From Antedon mediterranea (Eukaryota > Animalia > Echinodermata), in the NCBI RefSeq assembly GCF_964355755.1, contig NC_092671.1:15190001-15254000 (forward strand): DNA of 64,000 nucleotides. Reading direction: 5' to 3'. Position numbers and translations under genes: made by a program. The notes beneath the pieces are model-generated. The model ran no database searches, was not told the DNA's origin, and worked only from the letters and a program-made list of their open reading frames with translations. Below are positions 12,401-22,977 of this stretch, in pieces (positions within the stretch are counted from its first letter, which is position 1; every line of letters begins with the position of its first letter).

Positions 12401-15400
12401 GCAGAAACATAGATTTCAAAAAACACAATATGAGAACTATCGGAAAATGAAAGTGAAATCAAGATTTGAAAGATTATTAAAATGGAATCGTTGAATATTT
12501 CCATTTTGATCGTTAGATCTTATCGTAGCAGGGTACTTGACAGAATAGTGGTATACTCTATAGACCACATCTACTGTATATGTTCCTATTAATGATATGA
12601 GGTATAGTTCAAATTAAGGTAGAAATACTTGGTTACAAAATTGAATGTTACTTAAATTCTCTCTAAGAAAAGCGTAGACGTGTTCAAGGTGTGTTATACA
12701 AGTTTGTTATTAGCAACTTACAGTACCTCTCAAGAGGGCACTTTCGGTACCGAAAAAGTCACCCCCTTCTCACAAGTAATATCCTCTTAATCTATTATAG
12801 ATAGATGTTTTGCTATTTTTATGTTTTTATCGACGGCCTTAAATGAGCAATTTTACACAGAAAAAGGATGGGGGACCCTAAATAAATAATGATAATAAAT
12901 AAGTAGACAAATAAAGTTCTAACGGTGTGTATATGCATTCACAGCGATACTATCTAATCTACATTCTTTTAGTGTATAGTCCCTATCAGAAAAGCACATA
13001 CTTTATACTGTATAGATACATACCGTAGGCTACTGTACCAATATAAACCAACCATGTTATGATAAAGAAAGTCCCAACTAATGTTATTCAATTTTCTTTT
13101 TTTTTTTACATTTCAGTAATGCTGTAGTTAAACGTCGAGGTTGGGATCTTTATTTTACATGCTGTAGGAATATATTTGCTGATAAAAATCATTGTCCTAT
13201 TGGTAAGTACGGTATAACATAACGATACATTATGCACCATTGTGAATATCGAATACCGATACAAGAAAGAGATACTATAGTTCAATATAATGTATCTATG
13301 ATACAAGTAACACATTATTTGGGAAATTATTTTCTGATAAAAAGAAGATATTTTTTGTCACTTCCGGACACTACCGGAATTAATCTACAGGAACTCTTTA
13401 TAGTGGCTACACTGTTTTAATTTATAAAAACATTTCATTTCATTATTTTTTCGGTCTATTTCAGTATATACATAACCAAAAAAACTGAAATTGGGGAGAC
13501 CAGGGTCAACATATAGTGAACTGTAGCTGATTGACCCAAATATTCAAATATTAAAAGCCCCAATCTGGGCTTTCCTTTTCTACCATGTATTTATTAAAAT
13601 TAATGCTAAATGCTAAAAAAAAAGAATTATATTGTAAAATGTTATGTGTATATTAGGCTAATATTCACACACTAAATTAATATAAGGTATGCACTAATTT
13701 CTCCATATTAAGGCATACAAACATATTTTGTAAAGATTAGATATAATTCGATCTTTTGACATAAACCATACTTCTCTTCATTCATCTATAGATTGTTTTC
13801 GATAACATGATTCTTTCGCTAGTCTGTCTTCTTTCTTAGGGTTTGTACTGTCTTTTAATTTTTCCTGTACGTTACGTAACACCACGTAATACTAAGGTCT
13901 TTTTATTTTTAGATGCCTATACTTAGGGAAAACAAAACGAATATAGGGCCTATACATACTGTATATGATGAAGGATTAGTAGTATCCGAAAGCTTGGTAT
14001 ATATGTTTCTGGCTGTTAATTTATCGTTTGATTTTAGACTGACTGTTTTAGACATAATATTTATTTGTATCTTTAATGAGATCCTATCACTGATAACAAC
14101 AGCATTGATCATTCAATTGTCTTTATTGGATTGGATTTATTTTCCGAATAAGCATATATATATTTAACGAAAAATATGGTAATATATAATAGGCTATGTT
14201 GGTTTAAATATTGTTGTTATTTCTCCAGATTGTCCATGTCAACATAATGCTAAATGTGAGCCTGATAAACGATTGTGTATCTGTCCTGCCGGATGGACAG
14301 GGCCATTCTGTCAAGATGAGTGCATTGAGGGAAAATACGGAATTAACTGTTCACATCGATGTAACTGTGGGGACGGGGCGCGATGTGACCGTTTCACTGG
14401 TAATTGTATCTGTAAAGAGGCAGAGTAAGTACCACCAGCATCATCTATTTGTTTCATAAAGCTCTGTTTACTTACACGATCAAACTAATGTGATGTGCCC
14501 AAGTATGGTAGTATGACATCATCATGTCCATATATGGGCACATGAAGTTCGATAGACAGAGCTACAATACATAATCAGCGTGTTTATGCCTACGTAATGC
14601 GCCTGTAAAATTACCTCAATTACAATACATTACATACCACATTTATTCATTTCTAAAAATAAGGGGTTAGCCAAGAAAAAATGTACTGGGTTAGCAATTG
14701 AAATAGTTAACAAAAAGGATACAAACTGATAAGAACCAAACGAAATATCTAATAATAAAGTTGCCTCACTTTTCGGGTTATATTATACCGAATATACAAA
14801 GTTACATAGTGTAGTTTTAATGTCCGTTTAGAGGGCAAACATGTGTAACATTCTGAGTGAATTAAAATTATCAATAATAATATTAATGCATGGATACCTC
14901 CATGATTAATGTAAGTGTAATATAGAAAATTATAAGAAAATTTATGAAAAGTAATATGGAATACATTAAATGAATTTACAAGATTTAAAATGTTAATGAA
15001 GTTGAAAAATTTGATAATACTGAAAGTAATATGATTTTATGGTGATGAAATGAAAGATGACATTGTTCTGAATAAAGTGATGTTTACGCCATAAAAGAGA
15101 AAAGTGTTAGTGTTACTCTTAACCATCAACAATCATTATAATTATTATAATTTATATAGTTGTATGGACAGATGTCCAAGTGGTTTCTATGGTGCCGACT
15201 GCTCCAAGGAATGTTTTTGTGACGACGCAGGATGTGACACAATATTAGGTATTTTATATTATTTTTACCTAAAATAAAATACTACCCTATGTCATTATTA
15301 TCGTCGTCATCACTCATGACTGCAACTTTATATAATTAAGTTTTGCGATTATTTGTGTTCCCTTTCGTTAAAACTGGTATCAACCAGTAATAACTAATTA

Positions 15401-18400
15401 TTATTAATTCATTATAGGCCTAACCTACCTTCATATTTTAACATTTAACTTTTTTTGTATTAAAGTTACATTGTTGTATTTTACAAGTACATTTCATGTA
15501 TTTTATTTGTATAAAATAAACATGAATTTCTGAATTATTGAATGATATACAATAACAAGCATTTAGTCTGTATGTTTGGTGAAGTAAATGCTGTATAGGC
15601 GTAATGTAAAAAAAAAAGATTATTTCGAAGATAAGGGTGAGCCATATAAATGTTAAGGCACAACCAACACGTGTCTTCTTGGTGGTTGTATCTCCTGAAT
15701 AGAGTGTCTTAAAGAGGGTTTGTATACATTAAAAAGATATAGTTTAACCTCTATTAAGGGACACATTGGAGACCCAACAAAGTGTCTCCTTAATAGATGT
15801 TCCCTAGGGTGTTCTATTGTATGTCGATTTATTTATTTACATTATCCCGATTTTACAGGAAATTGCATTTGTAAAAATGGCGGGACAATTGTCAGAATGA
15901 ACCAAAGTGAGATGTGCTTGTGTTCACCTGGATGGCAGTCGGGCAAATGTGACGAAAAATGTTCTGTTGGTTACTATGGTGACGGATGTCGACACAAATG
16001 TGGAGCGTGCAGTAATAACTCAACATGTGATCACGTGACAGGTCACTGTACTTGCGTAGACAAAGAAAGGTATTATAGACACCTTAATATTTTAATAAGA
16101 TAATCTTATTCGGTGAATCATGATTTTTGTACCCAATATTTCATTATAGAAGATGTCATTTAACACTTGTCAGTTGTAGCCCGAATTCTGATAACCTAAC
16201 CTGGTTGATTGAGCCCGGCTATGACTTCGCAAATCACCAAATCATACATGCTTTATTTACTGTTATTAGAATCAATATAAAGTATATTTAACGAAAGTGA
16301 GTGATATGTCAGCGTAGAAGGTTTAAACCAATTTGTCAAGAATTTACAAATCTGACTATTTAGCAACACGTGGATCTGCCATAAGGGACGAGGGCTTAGA
16401 CGAACGATCACCGTCACCTAAGGGACACATACAAACTAAACTACCATATTATTATATTTTCAGTTTTAATGTTAGTAGCCTACATGTAGGCCTACAGTAG
16501 TATGCCCATCTATAGTTTAAAATGGAAACATAAACATGACATGTACTTTCCTATCTTGACGTGCAAAAACTGTATTGTATGCCTACTTCATACGGGCATA
16601 AATTGAATTCTTAATATAACTACATAAATATTACGTGAATCCTACGTTCTTGTTTTGAAACGTTTCAAGCATTCAGTGTTTAGTCGACATTATACTAATT
16701 AACGCTCTCACTTTTCACATGTGTTGTCTTGTTCGTTGTCTTAATCAAAATACATTCTTTCTATTGTCTTGGTTTAGCTTCTCTCCGCACAAATAATTTA
16801 CATATATCACTATGCATGCGCTTAAAAAGAATAGTTCTCAGAATCCGTATAGTTTAAATTTATTGCCTATGTTTAACATTGATTAATGTTGATAGTGCAA
16901 TTGATATTATCATTGAGAACGTGCTTATAAACTACATAAGGTGCTTCGGTTGTTAGGAAATTATTAAATCTTTGTAATGAGTTATCGTTTTGTCAGGGAT
17001 TGTAAGTCTACCACAATATGTATACTTGACCGTTCCAATGATCCAATGACTAATTCATATCTAAAACTTCAATCACAAATTTCCTGTTAAGCATAAAAAA
17101 AAATCACAAACAAATTTACCACGTTTTCTTAGGATCGTCAATGTTGATGATTAAACACTTATAGGGCCCTAACCAAGAATAAATATAACACTTAATATTA
17201 AAATAATTGTTTTTTTCACTCATACTTATTTCTAGATAAGAAAAAATAATTGTCACATATAAAATATGTACAGTATGTATATGTATTAAATATTTATACG
17301 ATTATTTTCTTAATACAAACAATATTATTAAATCCTTATATGATATTATTTTACACTTAATAGGCTATACTTTTACTTTTTATTTTATTACTATTATTCA
17401 AATAATTATTGAATTTTATAAAAAAACAAAGTAAATATTTCTAGATTTTTTGGAATGTTTTGGACAACTTTGTTATTTGTGACTGGTGACTCGACTTGTA
17501 GAAATTATTTTTAACGAAAACCTTATATAAGAAATTAAGTGGAAATGTTTTGACAGTCGGCGGTGCAGTACTATAATATATAAATGACAGGTTTAGTTTA
17601 AAATCATACATATACTAATAAAATCAAATTAACATTGTAAAAACGCTTATTCATGTTTTTACATGTCTATCGTAAATAGGTTAAAGACATTTGTGGTAAG
17701 ATCCCAATAGGACGTGATTTAAATACCTTATTCATGAAGTTTAATTTGATAGTTTTTACAATGAATGAATGAATGATTGTATGTCAGTCACATAGGGCAC
17801 GTTTGATAAGTTTTTAACTTAATAAGCAGCGCATGCGTAATCGTAATCTAGACATTTTCTGGACAAGATATCACTCCAATTAAATAATTCCTCTAATTAG
17901 AGACCACATTGAGTAAGACCAACACAGAAATAACAACCATTATTTCTCTTTAAGAGATGACACTTAACACTATTAAATTCTGCCTATAAAATTGTTTTTA
18001 ATTGGAGCTCCTAATCGCCTTAAATTCCAAGTTTTTGTTAAGAAAACAAAAGAAAGTTACATCTCAATTAGTGTAATAGTGTATCGGATTTTAATTGAGT
18101 GTTTGAGCTTTACACCTGTCTTAGCATCCAGATTGGTACCATATGTGGGGGTTGGCATAGAAGAAGTTCTAAAACGTGACATCGTGTCTCAATGTCCCTT
18201 CTATCAATTTGTTTTTATGTCAATCAACTTTCTTGTCGGATGCATACACTATCCTGATTATTAATAAATTATTATAATAATATTTGAACGTAGATTTTTC
18301 GTCTTTGGAACTTCCATTAACAACTTTACACATCGGCATCGTCACCATACCCTTCTTATCAACTCGCTAGTCGTATAAAGCTCTGCATACACTATAAAAC

Positions 18401-18932
18401 TTTATGTGACAAAAAATGTGATGTGCCCATTTATGGGCATGATGATGCTATATCACTACCATATTTAAGCATATCACTATTATATTTGGACACACATGTC
18501 AAACTAGACAGAGCTTAAGAATAATATAATATATAACGTACATTTGTATAGTAATACTCTGTATTGTAAGTGCATCTCCACTATATATTATTTGTATTAT
18601 CATGCTTTAGATGTGATAGTCCATGTAAATCCGGGTATTTTGGTAGTAAATGTTTACAACAATGCAGATGTCCTCATTCCACCGTTTGTACCACTACGGA
18701 CGGAGACTGTGGATGTGTACAAGGACAGACGTGTGTACCGGGTAGGTACCTCAACAAAATGAATATGGGGGTGGGGAGAAAATGAATGAATGACCCAACG
18801 GACGACGAATGAACGAATGAATTAAAGGAAGGAAGGAATGAATGAATGATTGATGATTGAATGAATAATCGAATGAATAGTTTATTGATTGATTATTCAT
18901 TGAATGAATTAAAGGAAACGTAAGTGAATGAT

Positions 18933-19000
<68 letters not shown>

Positions 19001-22000
19001 TAACGGAAGAACGAACGAATGAACCGAACTAATGAACCGAACGAATGAACCGAACGAATGAAGGAAAGAATGAGTGATGGAACAATGAATGTAAAATTCA
19101 TGATTGTGACATAGTAATTTGTTGTCTCTAGAAAAACAAAATGAGAAAGATTCGCAAACACAAACATCAACACTACTAGCAGCTAGTCTTCCGGCGGCTA
19201 TGTTCGTCCTGTGTGCTATCATGGCACTGGCTACCAAGATCGTCTGCACAAGATGTAGAAATAACAGAAAAACCAATTCAAGGTTAGCCGCATTTTTTTC
19301 AAATAAATAAATTCATTTCTAATCGTTTATATTTAAAAACATATTTATTTTTATTCTATCTATAAAGCTAAAGATAGAAAAATATGACGTGCCCATAATA
19401 TGGACACGATGATGTCATATCACTACCATATTTGGGCATATCACTACCATATTTGGGTACATCACACTTTTTTCTATCACTAGTTTGATAGTGTGGACAT
19501 ATATTTTACCGAACATTTTTGTAACAATATAAAATTATTTTTCAACATAATCCTCAACATGTTTTTTTTTTTTGTATTATCATGTGTTCTTCGTCACCGT
19601 CATAACTATTAACAACTGTATTTCTCTCATCTGTATTTTAATGCCTACTTAAGGATATTATAATTATAACACAATTTCTAGTTTATTAAAATAGTGTAGT
19701 AATAGAAGTAATTAGTATTGCTAACGATATTTAATTAAATGATATCTATAAATAAATAGATATGACCTGTTTCAGACTTTACGAATAATATTCACAGCTA
19801 GTAGTTCCTAATCGATTCTGTCAAAAATTCACCACATGCCTACTATACGGTATAAACATGAACTGAAAATGAATCAGATATATTTCACTTGGCACATTGT
19901 GTGGATTCGTGAGATGTAGATCCCCTTTAATTCACTTTAACCCTTCACCTGTGAAATACATAATCAATCAAGAAATGTATGTCATACAATTTGGCATTTG
20001 AATATCAATCATATTTGCTATTTTTTTGTGTATCGATCAATTACGTTAGGCCTACAATATCATGATTACACGACACAACCTAAACACCTGCAGAAAATGT
20101 AATGTTTGCTGAATCTAATTTACAATCCGTTTGATGGTTTAAATAATTTAGGTCAACAGCATTATTGTATTATGATCCATCATAGGTCTATTGTAGTTAT
20201 ACTTTTCAAATTAAAACTTTTATTTGTAACACGTGATTGCATGGAGAATAATACTGTCTAAATCGTATGTATACCTAAAGGCTCGTTCGCACTAGATGAT
20301 AACGATTGACGATAAATATGCATTCTAATTCATACATAAAAGAAATCTAAACATTTGATTGGATTTAAATAAAAATATTGTTACCAAATACAGCATAAAT
20401 AGTTCTATAGTGCAGTATATAGTTCTACAGTATGATGAAAACCTTTCTCATTAGTGTTTATAAAATGTTATTTTCCTCACAGAGACGACACCTATGCCAC
20501 TGTCAATGAAATGGAAGAAAAATGTCTTGAAAGCAATGAAACATGTAAGAACTTTATGATTTTATAAACTGAATCTTCACTATATAGAAAGAGGACATTA
20601 AAAATAGGGAAGTAGTCCTTAATATATCGATAAATAAATAGAAAATATTGTCAGCGTTTTTTCATGAATCTATATGAGAATGCTTACTAGTCAATCTAGC
20701 ACATTGTCACCAAATATAATGTTGAAATGGAATAATTTAACCATCTGTAAATAATATATTTTCAATTAAAAATTGTAATTTACAGGTGTTCGGCCAACAA
20801 GTCAGTGCTTTACAAATAAAACATACAACAGTGTTATAGACATATTACCGAAAGGGATGACCGTAATGCATCTAGTCTACGATGATGCCAATAACCCTGC
20901 TGTAAGCCACACTTACCCAAGAACTCCAAAAGAAAAACATCATATTGCTAAAATGTGTCTAGGAGATACAGCTGGTTCCCCGGCATCACTGCCAACACCA
21001 ATTGACGCGTCTGGTGAGTATCAGGAATACAAACAAGAGGAGGCACAACCAGAATACATGGGGTTGATGAAAAACGCGGTGTGGAACTTTTTCAGACAGA
21101 GCAATGAAACTGAAGATATTTATGAGGAAGCGTTTGATTGTCCAGGAAGACAAATCCCTAAGATCAGCATCCAGAACAGTGATAGTAGTGGTGTTCCTGC
21201 AGGAAATATACATGTGCTTCAAGCAGAGATGCATCCCACGCATAAAAGTTCCACTAACACACGAGATTCGAATAGTAGCTTAAATGATCTATCTTCAATC
21301 TATTCTAATATTATCATTTGCCCAATGTCCATAAATGAATTTGAGGAAAGTTTTAAAACTGAGATTTCAGATGTGACAGAGGACAGTGCGTTATTAAATC
21401 GTGACATGAAGAGTAGTATGTATTCAAATTTGAAATACAATCTACAGAATACAGGAATTAAATACGACGTTCAGAAAGGTAGTAGTGAAAATATATCGGA
21501 TGAAATGAGTGACGTTGTAAATAATGTTCTTCGTTATAACGGAAAGACAAATGATGATCAGGTTCACAACAGACCACGATCAGTTCGCAGACAAATTAAA
21601 AGTTGTGGAAGTGAATATATTGAAGCGATTAATCCAATTTATGCAGAGTTACAATTTAGTCAACCAGAAACGAGCGAGCCAGACAGCACTATGGAATCAA
21701 GTAGTTGGAATAATATCGAACAGTTATTCGCAGATGATTTGTATGCAAATCTTGAGCTGATGAGTGACTGTGAATCTTTTGAGGAAGGCGTGATGTATAC
21801 AAAAGTAGAAAAGGGCAAACGGAACCCAAGCCCACGTGGTAGCCCTACTATTTCACTAAGGACAAAAGACCGCGTTGGTGTATATACAACACTTGATAGA
21901 AAACCTAAATGTGGAAAATTATTGGGCAAACCTCCTAATAAATGGACTTCTGATAGAGGTAAAACTGTTGATTTTCGTATATCACCCCCATCACCTAGCA

Positions 22001-22137
22001 TGCTTCTGAAATCATATGATGCTGGCAAATATAAAACGAAAGACTGTGCTAAGCCTTTACTAAGTCGTTCTCACAGTTATGGATTTGATGACACAAGAGG
22101 TACTGTCCCTCATCGTGTTCAAAGTAATAATAATTGA
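9301..22137 (+). CDS. Multiple-EGF-repeat type I transmembrane receptor, MEGF10/11 / CED-1 / Draper / SCARF-like; 9 exons, 793 aa
   Basis: join(9301-9404,13117-13202,14229-14424,15160-15248,15859-16069,18611-18741,19132-19282,20483-20544,20786-22137) = 2382 nt, all GT-AG with compatible phases (2,1,2,1,2,1,2,1) and no internal stop. Signal peptide, CxxGxYGxxC repeats, TM helix, NPxY/YxxL tail. Exact orthology not established. Confidence 0.88.
10065..11238 (+). repeat. 25-bp minisatellite (AGTGGTGTAGCAGTATAATAGAGGT)n, ~47 units
   Basis: Directly visible tandem array with a few recurring variants (ATTGGCG, GATAAAAGT). Confidence 0.97.
11239..11500 (-). repeat. Same 25-bp minisatellite in inverted orientation, ~10 units
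   Basis: ACCTCTATTATACTGCTACACCACT is the reverse complement of the preceding unit and abuts it with no spacer. Confidence 0.95.
11505..11824 (-). mobile_element. tRNA-derived SINE with a Deu/Nin-type central domain
   Basis: Minus strand: A box TGGCCGAGCGG, B box GGTTCGAGGC, core GTCTTCTCGGATAAGGACTATAAACCGTAGGTCC...TTAAAGAACC...GAGTAGGGG..TACCCCGGTGT resembling the Deu domain from memory; AT-rich tail. Confidence 0.8.
11831..11894 (-). mobile_element. L2/CR1-type retroposon 3' tail
   Basis: Minus strand AGCGCTTAGAGG...TAGGCGCTATATAAAT..(ATT)n; similar tail on + at ~7334-7375. Confidence 0.5.
13117..13202 (+). CDS. Receptor exon 2 (EMI-like CC motif)
   Basis: Polypyrimidine tract + CAG; (S)NAVVKRRGWDLYFTCCRNIFADKNHCPI; donor G|GTAAGT; bridges phase 2 to phase 1. 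Confidence 0.8.
13961..14140 (+). mobile_element. Penelope-like terminal-repeat remnant with degenerate hammerhead core
   Basis: TGATGA-a-GGAT-tagtagt-ATCC-GAAA-GCTT, then TGTATCTTTAATGAGATCCTATCACTGATAACAACAGCATTG shared with the copies at 26586 and 35908. Confidence 0.55.
14229..14424 (+). CDS. Receptor exon 3 (EGF repeats)
   Basis: DCPCQHNAKCEPDKRLCICPAGWTGPFCQDECIEGKYGINCSHRCNCGDGARCDRFTGNCICKEA; CAG acceptor, GTAAGT donor. Confidence 0.93.
14457..14563. mobile_element. MITE family B, copy 1
   Basis: Termini TAAAGCTCTG...AGACAGAGCT; internal TGTGATGTGCCCA and CATCATCATGTCCATATATGGGCAC motifs shared with 18376 and 19363. Confidence 0.65.
15160..15248 (+). CDS. Receptor exon 4 (EGF)
   Basis: CMDRCPSGFYGADCSKECFCDDAGCDTIL; TAG acceptor, GTATTT donor. 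Confidence 0.9.
15670..15821. mobile_element. Remnants of a Tc1/mariner-type MITE family
   Basis: AACCTCTATTAAGGGACAC...GTGTCTCCTTAATAGA..TTCTATTGTA; related fragments at ~12720-12790, 29675-29757, 34290-34304, 39601-39700. Confidence 0.45.
15859..16069 (+). CDS. Receptor exon 5 (EGF repeats)
   Basis: NCICKNGGTIVRMNQSEMCLCSPGWQSGKCDEKCSVGYYGDGCRHKCGACSNNSTCDHVTGHCTCVDKE, within ORF 15720-16103. Confidence 0.93.
18376..18517. mobile_element. MITE family B, copy 2
   Basis: TIR TAAAGCTCTG...AGACAGAGCTTA; internal ATATCACTACCATATTT repeats. Confidence 0.7.
18611..18741 (+). CDS. Receptor exon 6 (EGF)
   Basis: CDSPCKSGYFGSKCLQQCRCPHSTVCTTTDGDCGCVQGQTCVP; TAG acceptor, GTAGGT donor. Confidence 0.92.
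18781..19090. repeat. Compound microsatellite (GAAT/GAAC)n with a (GAT)n run at ~18934-18997
   Basis: Directly visible. Confidence 0.9.
19132..19282 (+). CDS. Receptor exon 7 (stalk and transmembrane helix)
   Basis: EKQNEKDSQTQTSTLLAASLPAAMFVLCAIMALATKIVCTRCRNNRKTNS: hydrophobic stretch followed by basic stop-transfer residues. Confidence 0.88.
19363..19499. mobile_element. MITE family B, copy 3 (degenerate ends)
   Basis: Tandem ATATCACTACCATATTTGGG and GTTTGATAGTGT end motif. Confidence 0.6.
20483..20544 (+). CDS. Receptor exon 8 (juxtamembrane cytoplasmic)
   Basis: RDDTYATVNEMEEKCLESNET; TTTTCCTCACAG acceptor, GTAAGA donor; required to keep phase. Confidence 0.8.
20786..22137 (+). CDS. 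Receptor exon 9 (long cytoplasmic tail, stop)
   Basis: TTTACAG acceptor in frame with the 426-aa ORF 20857-22137; many YxxL/V/I motifs and NPIY. Confidence 0.9.
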
Positions 22138-22484
22138 ATCCTAACTAGTGCTTACAATATATTATAATGAGCCGAGATACAACATGAATGCAAAATTGAT
22201 AGCTAAACATCGCTGTTACAATTATTTGGTTGTTAGCAAAGAGGACAATAAAATGTGGAAGTTTGCATAGAAAATTTGCAACGGCGTTTTTGGCAATGTC
22301 ATCAATTATTAATACCATAGTAAAAGGTCCAAACGCAATCTTTTCACGAACTGCGCATACACAAAGTTTGCAATTATCGACTGTGCATCGTGCTTTGCTT
22401 GTTCAATAAAGACACCGTTTTTCAGCAACCGGTTTGCACAGAACATAAAGTTTGCAGCAATGTAATATCAGCAGCAGCTCTACC

Positions 22485-22563
22485 AGGCATGTGTAGTTAC
22501 AAGACATACGTAGTTACAAGGCATGCGTAGTTACAAGGCATGAGTAGATACAAGGCATGCGTA
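22485..22563 (+). repeat. 17-bp tandem repeat (AGGCATGCGTAGTTACA), ~4.5 copies, in the putative 3' UTR
   Basis: Directly visible. Confidence 0.85.
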
Positions 22564-22851
22564 TACATGTAAATACTGGTGTATGTTAAATGATGAAAGA
22601 AACATGCCAAGTGGTGTTACGAAACATGTGTTATGGTGAATCGAGTTAAGTTTCACAATTGAATTAAATTGTCATATCATAGATGTAACGGTCATTGATA
22701 GCTTTCACCAATGCAACTAGCCTAATGTTGAACATTCCAGTAGAATCATTTTGCACGTAGGTTTTGTTGCCTAAATTCGTATGCACAGTACTCTTTTAAG
22801 ACTTGGTTACCACATATACAACTTAGACGTATTTGCGTTGGCCGCAATAAC

Positions 22852-22977
22852 TAAAGCCTGGTTCCCAACTAGAGACTTAAGCCTCAAGCGAGTTGACCAA
22901 TGGCAAGTGACAATTCGAATATTTCATCGCTTGGGATTGGTCAAATGTGTTGCGTCTCTAGTGGGAACCAAGCATTA
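22852..22977. mobile_element. MITE family A, divergent shorter copy
   Basis: TIR TAAAGCCTGGTTCCCAACTAG...CTAGTGGGAACCAAGCATTA. Confidence 0.75.

Noticed and set aside
14211-14459. 82-aa ORF from the track
   Set aside because: Wrong frame over EGF exon 3.
18893-19276. 127-aa poly-His ORF on the minus strand
   Set aside because: Antisense to the TM exon plus translation of a (GAT)n microsatellite.
20986-22028. Overlapping or antisense ORFs (85, 78, 122 aa)
   Set aside because: Shadow frames of the real exon.
20857-22137. Stand-alone 426-aa gene
   Set aside because: The frame is open upstream to a splice acceptor at 20786; better explained as the last exon of the receptor.
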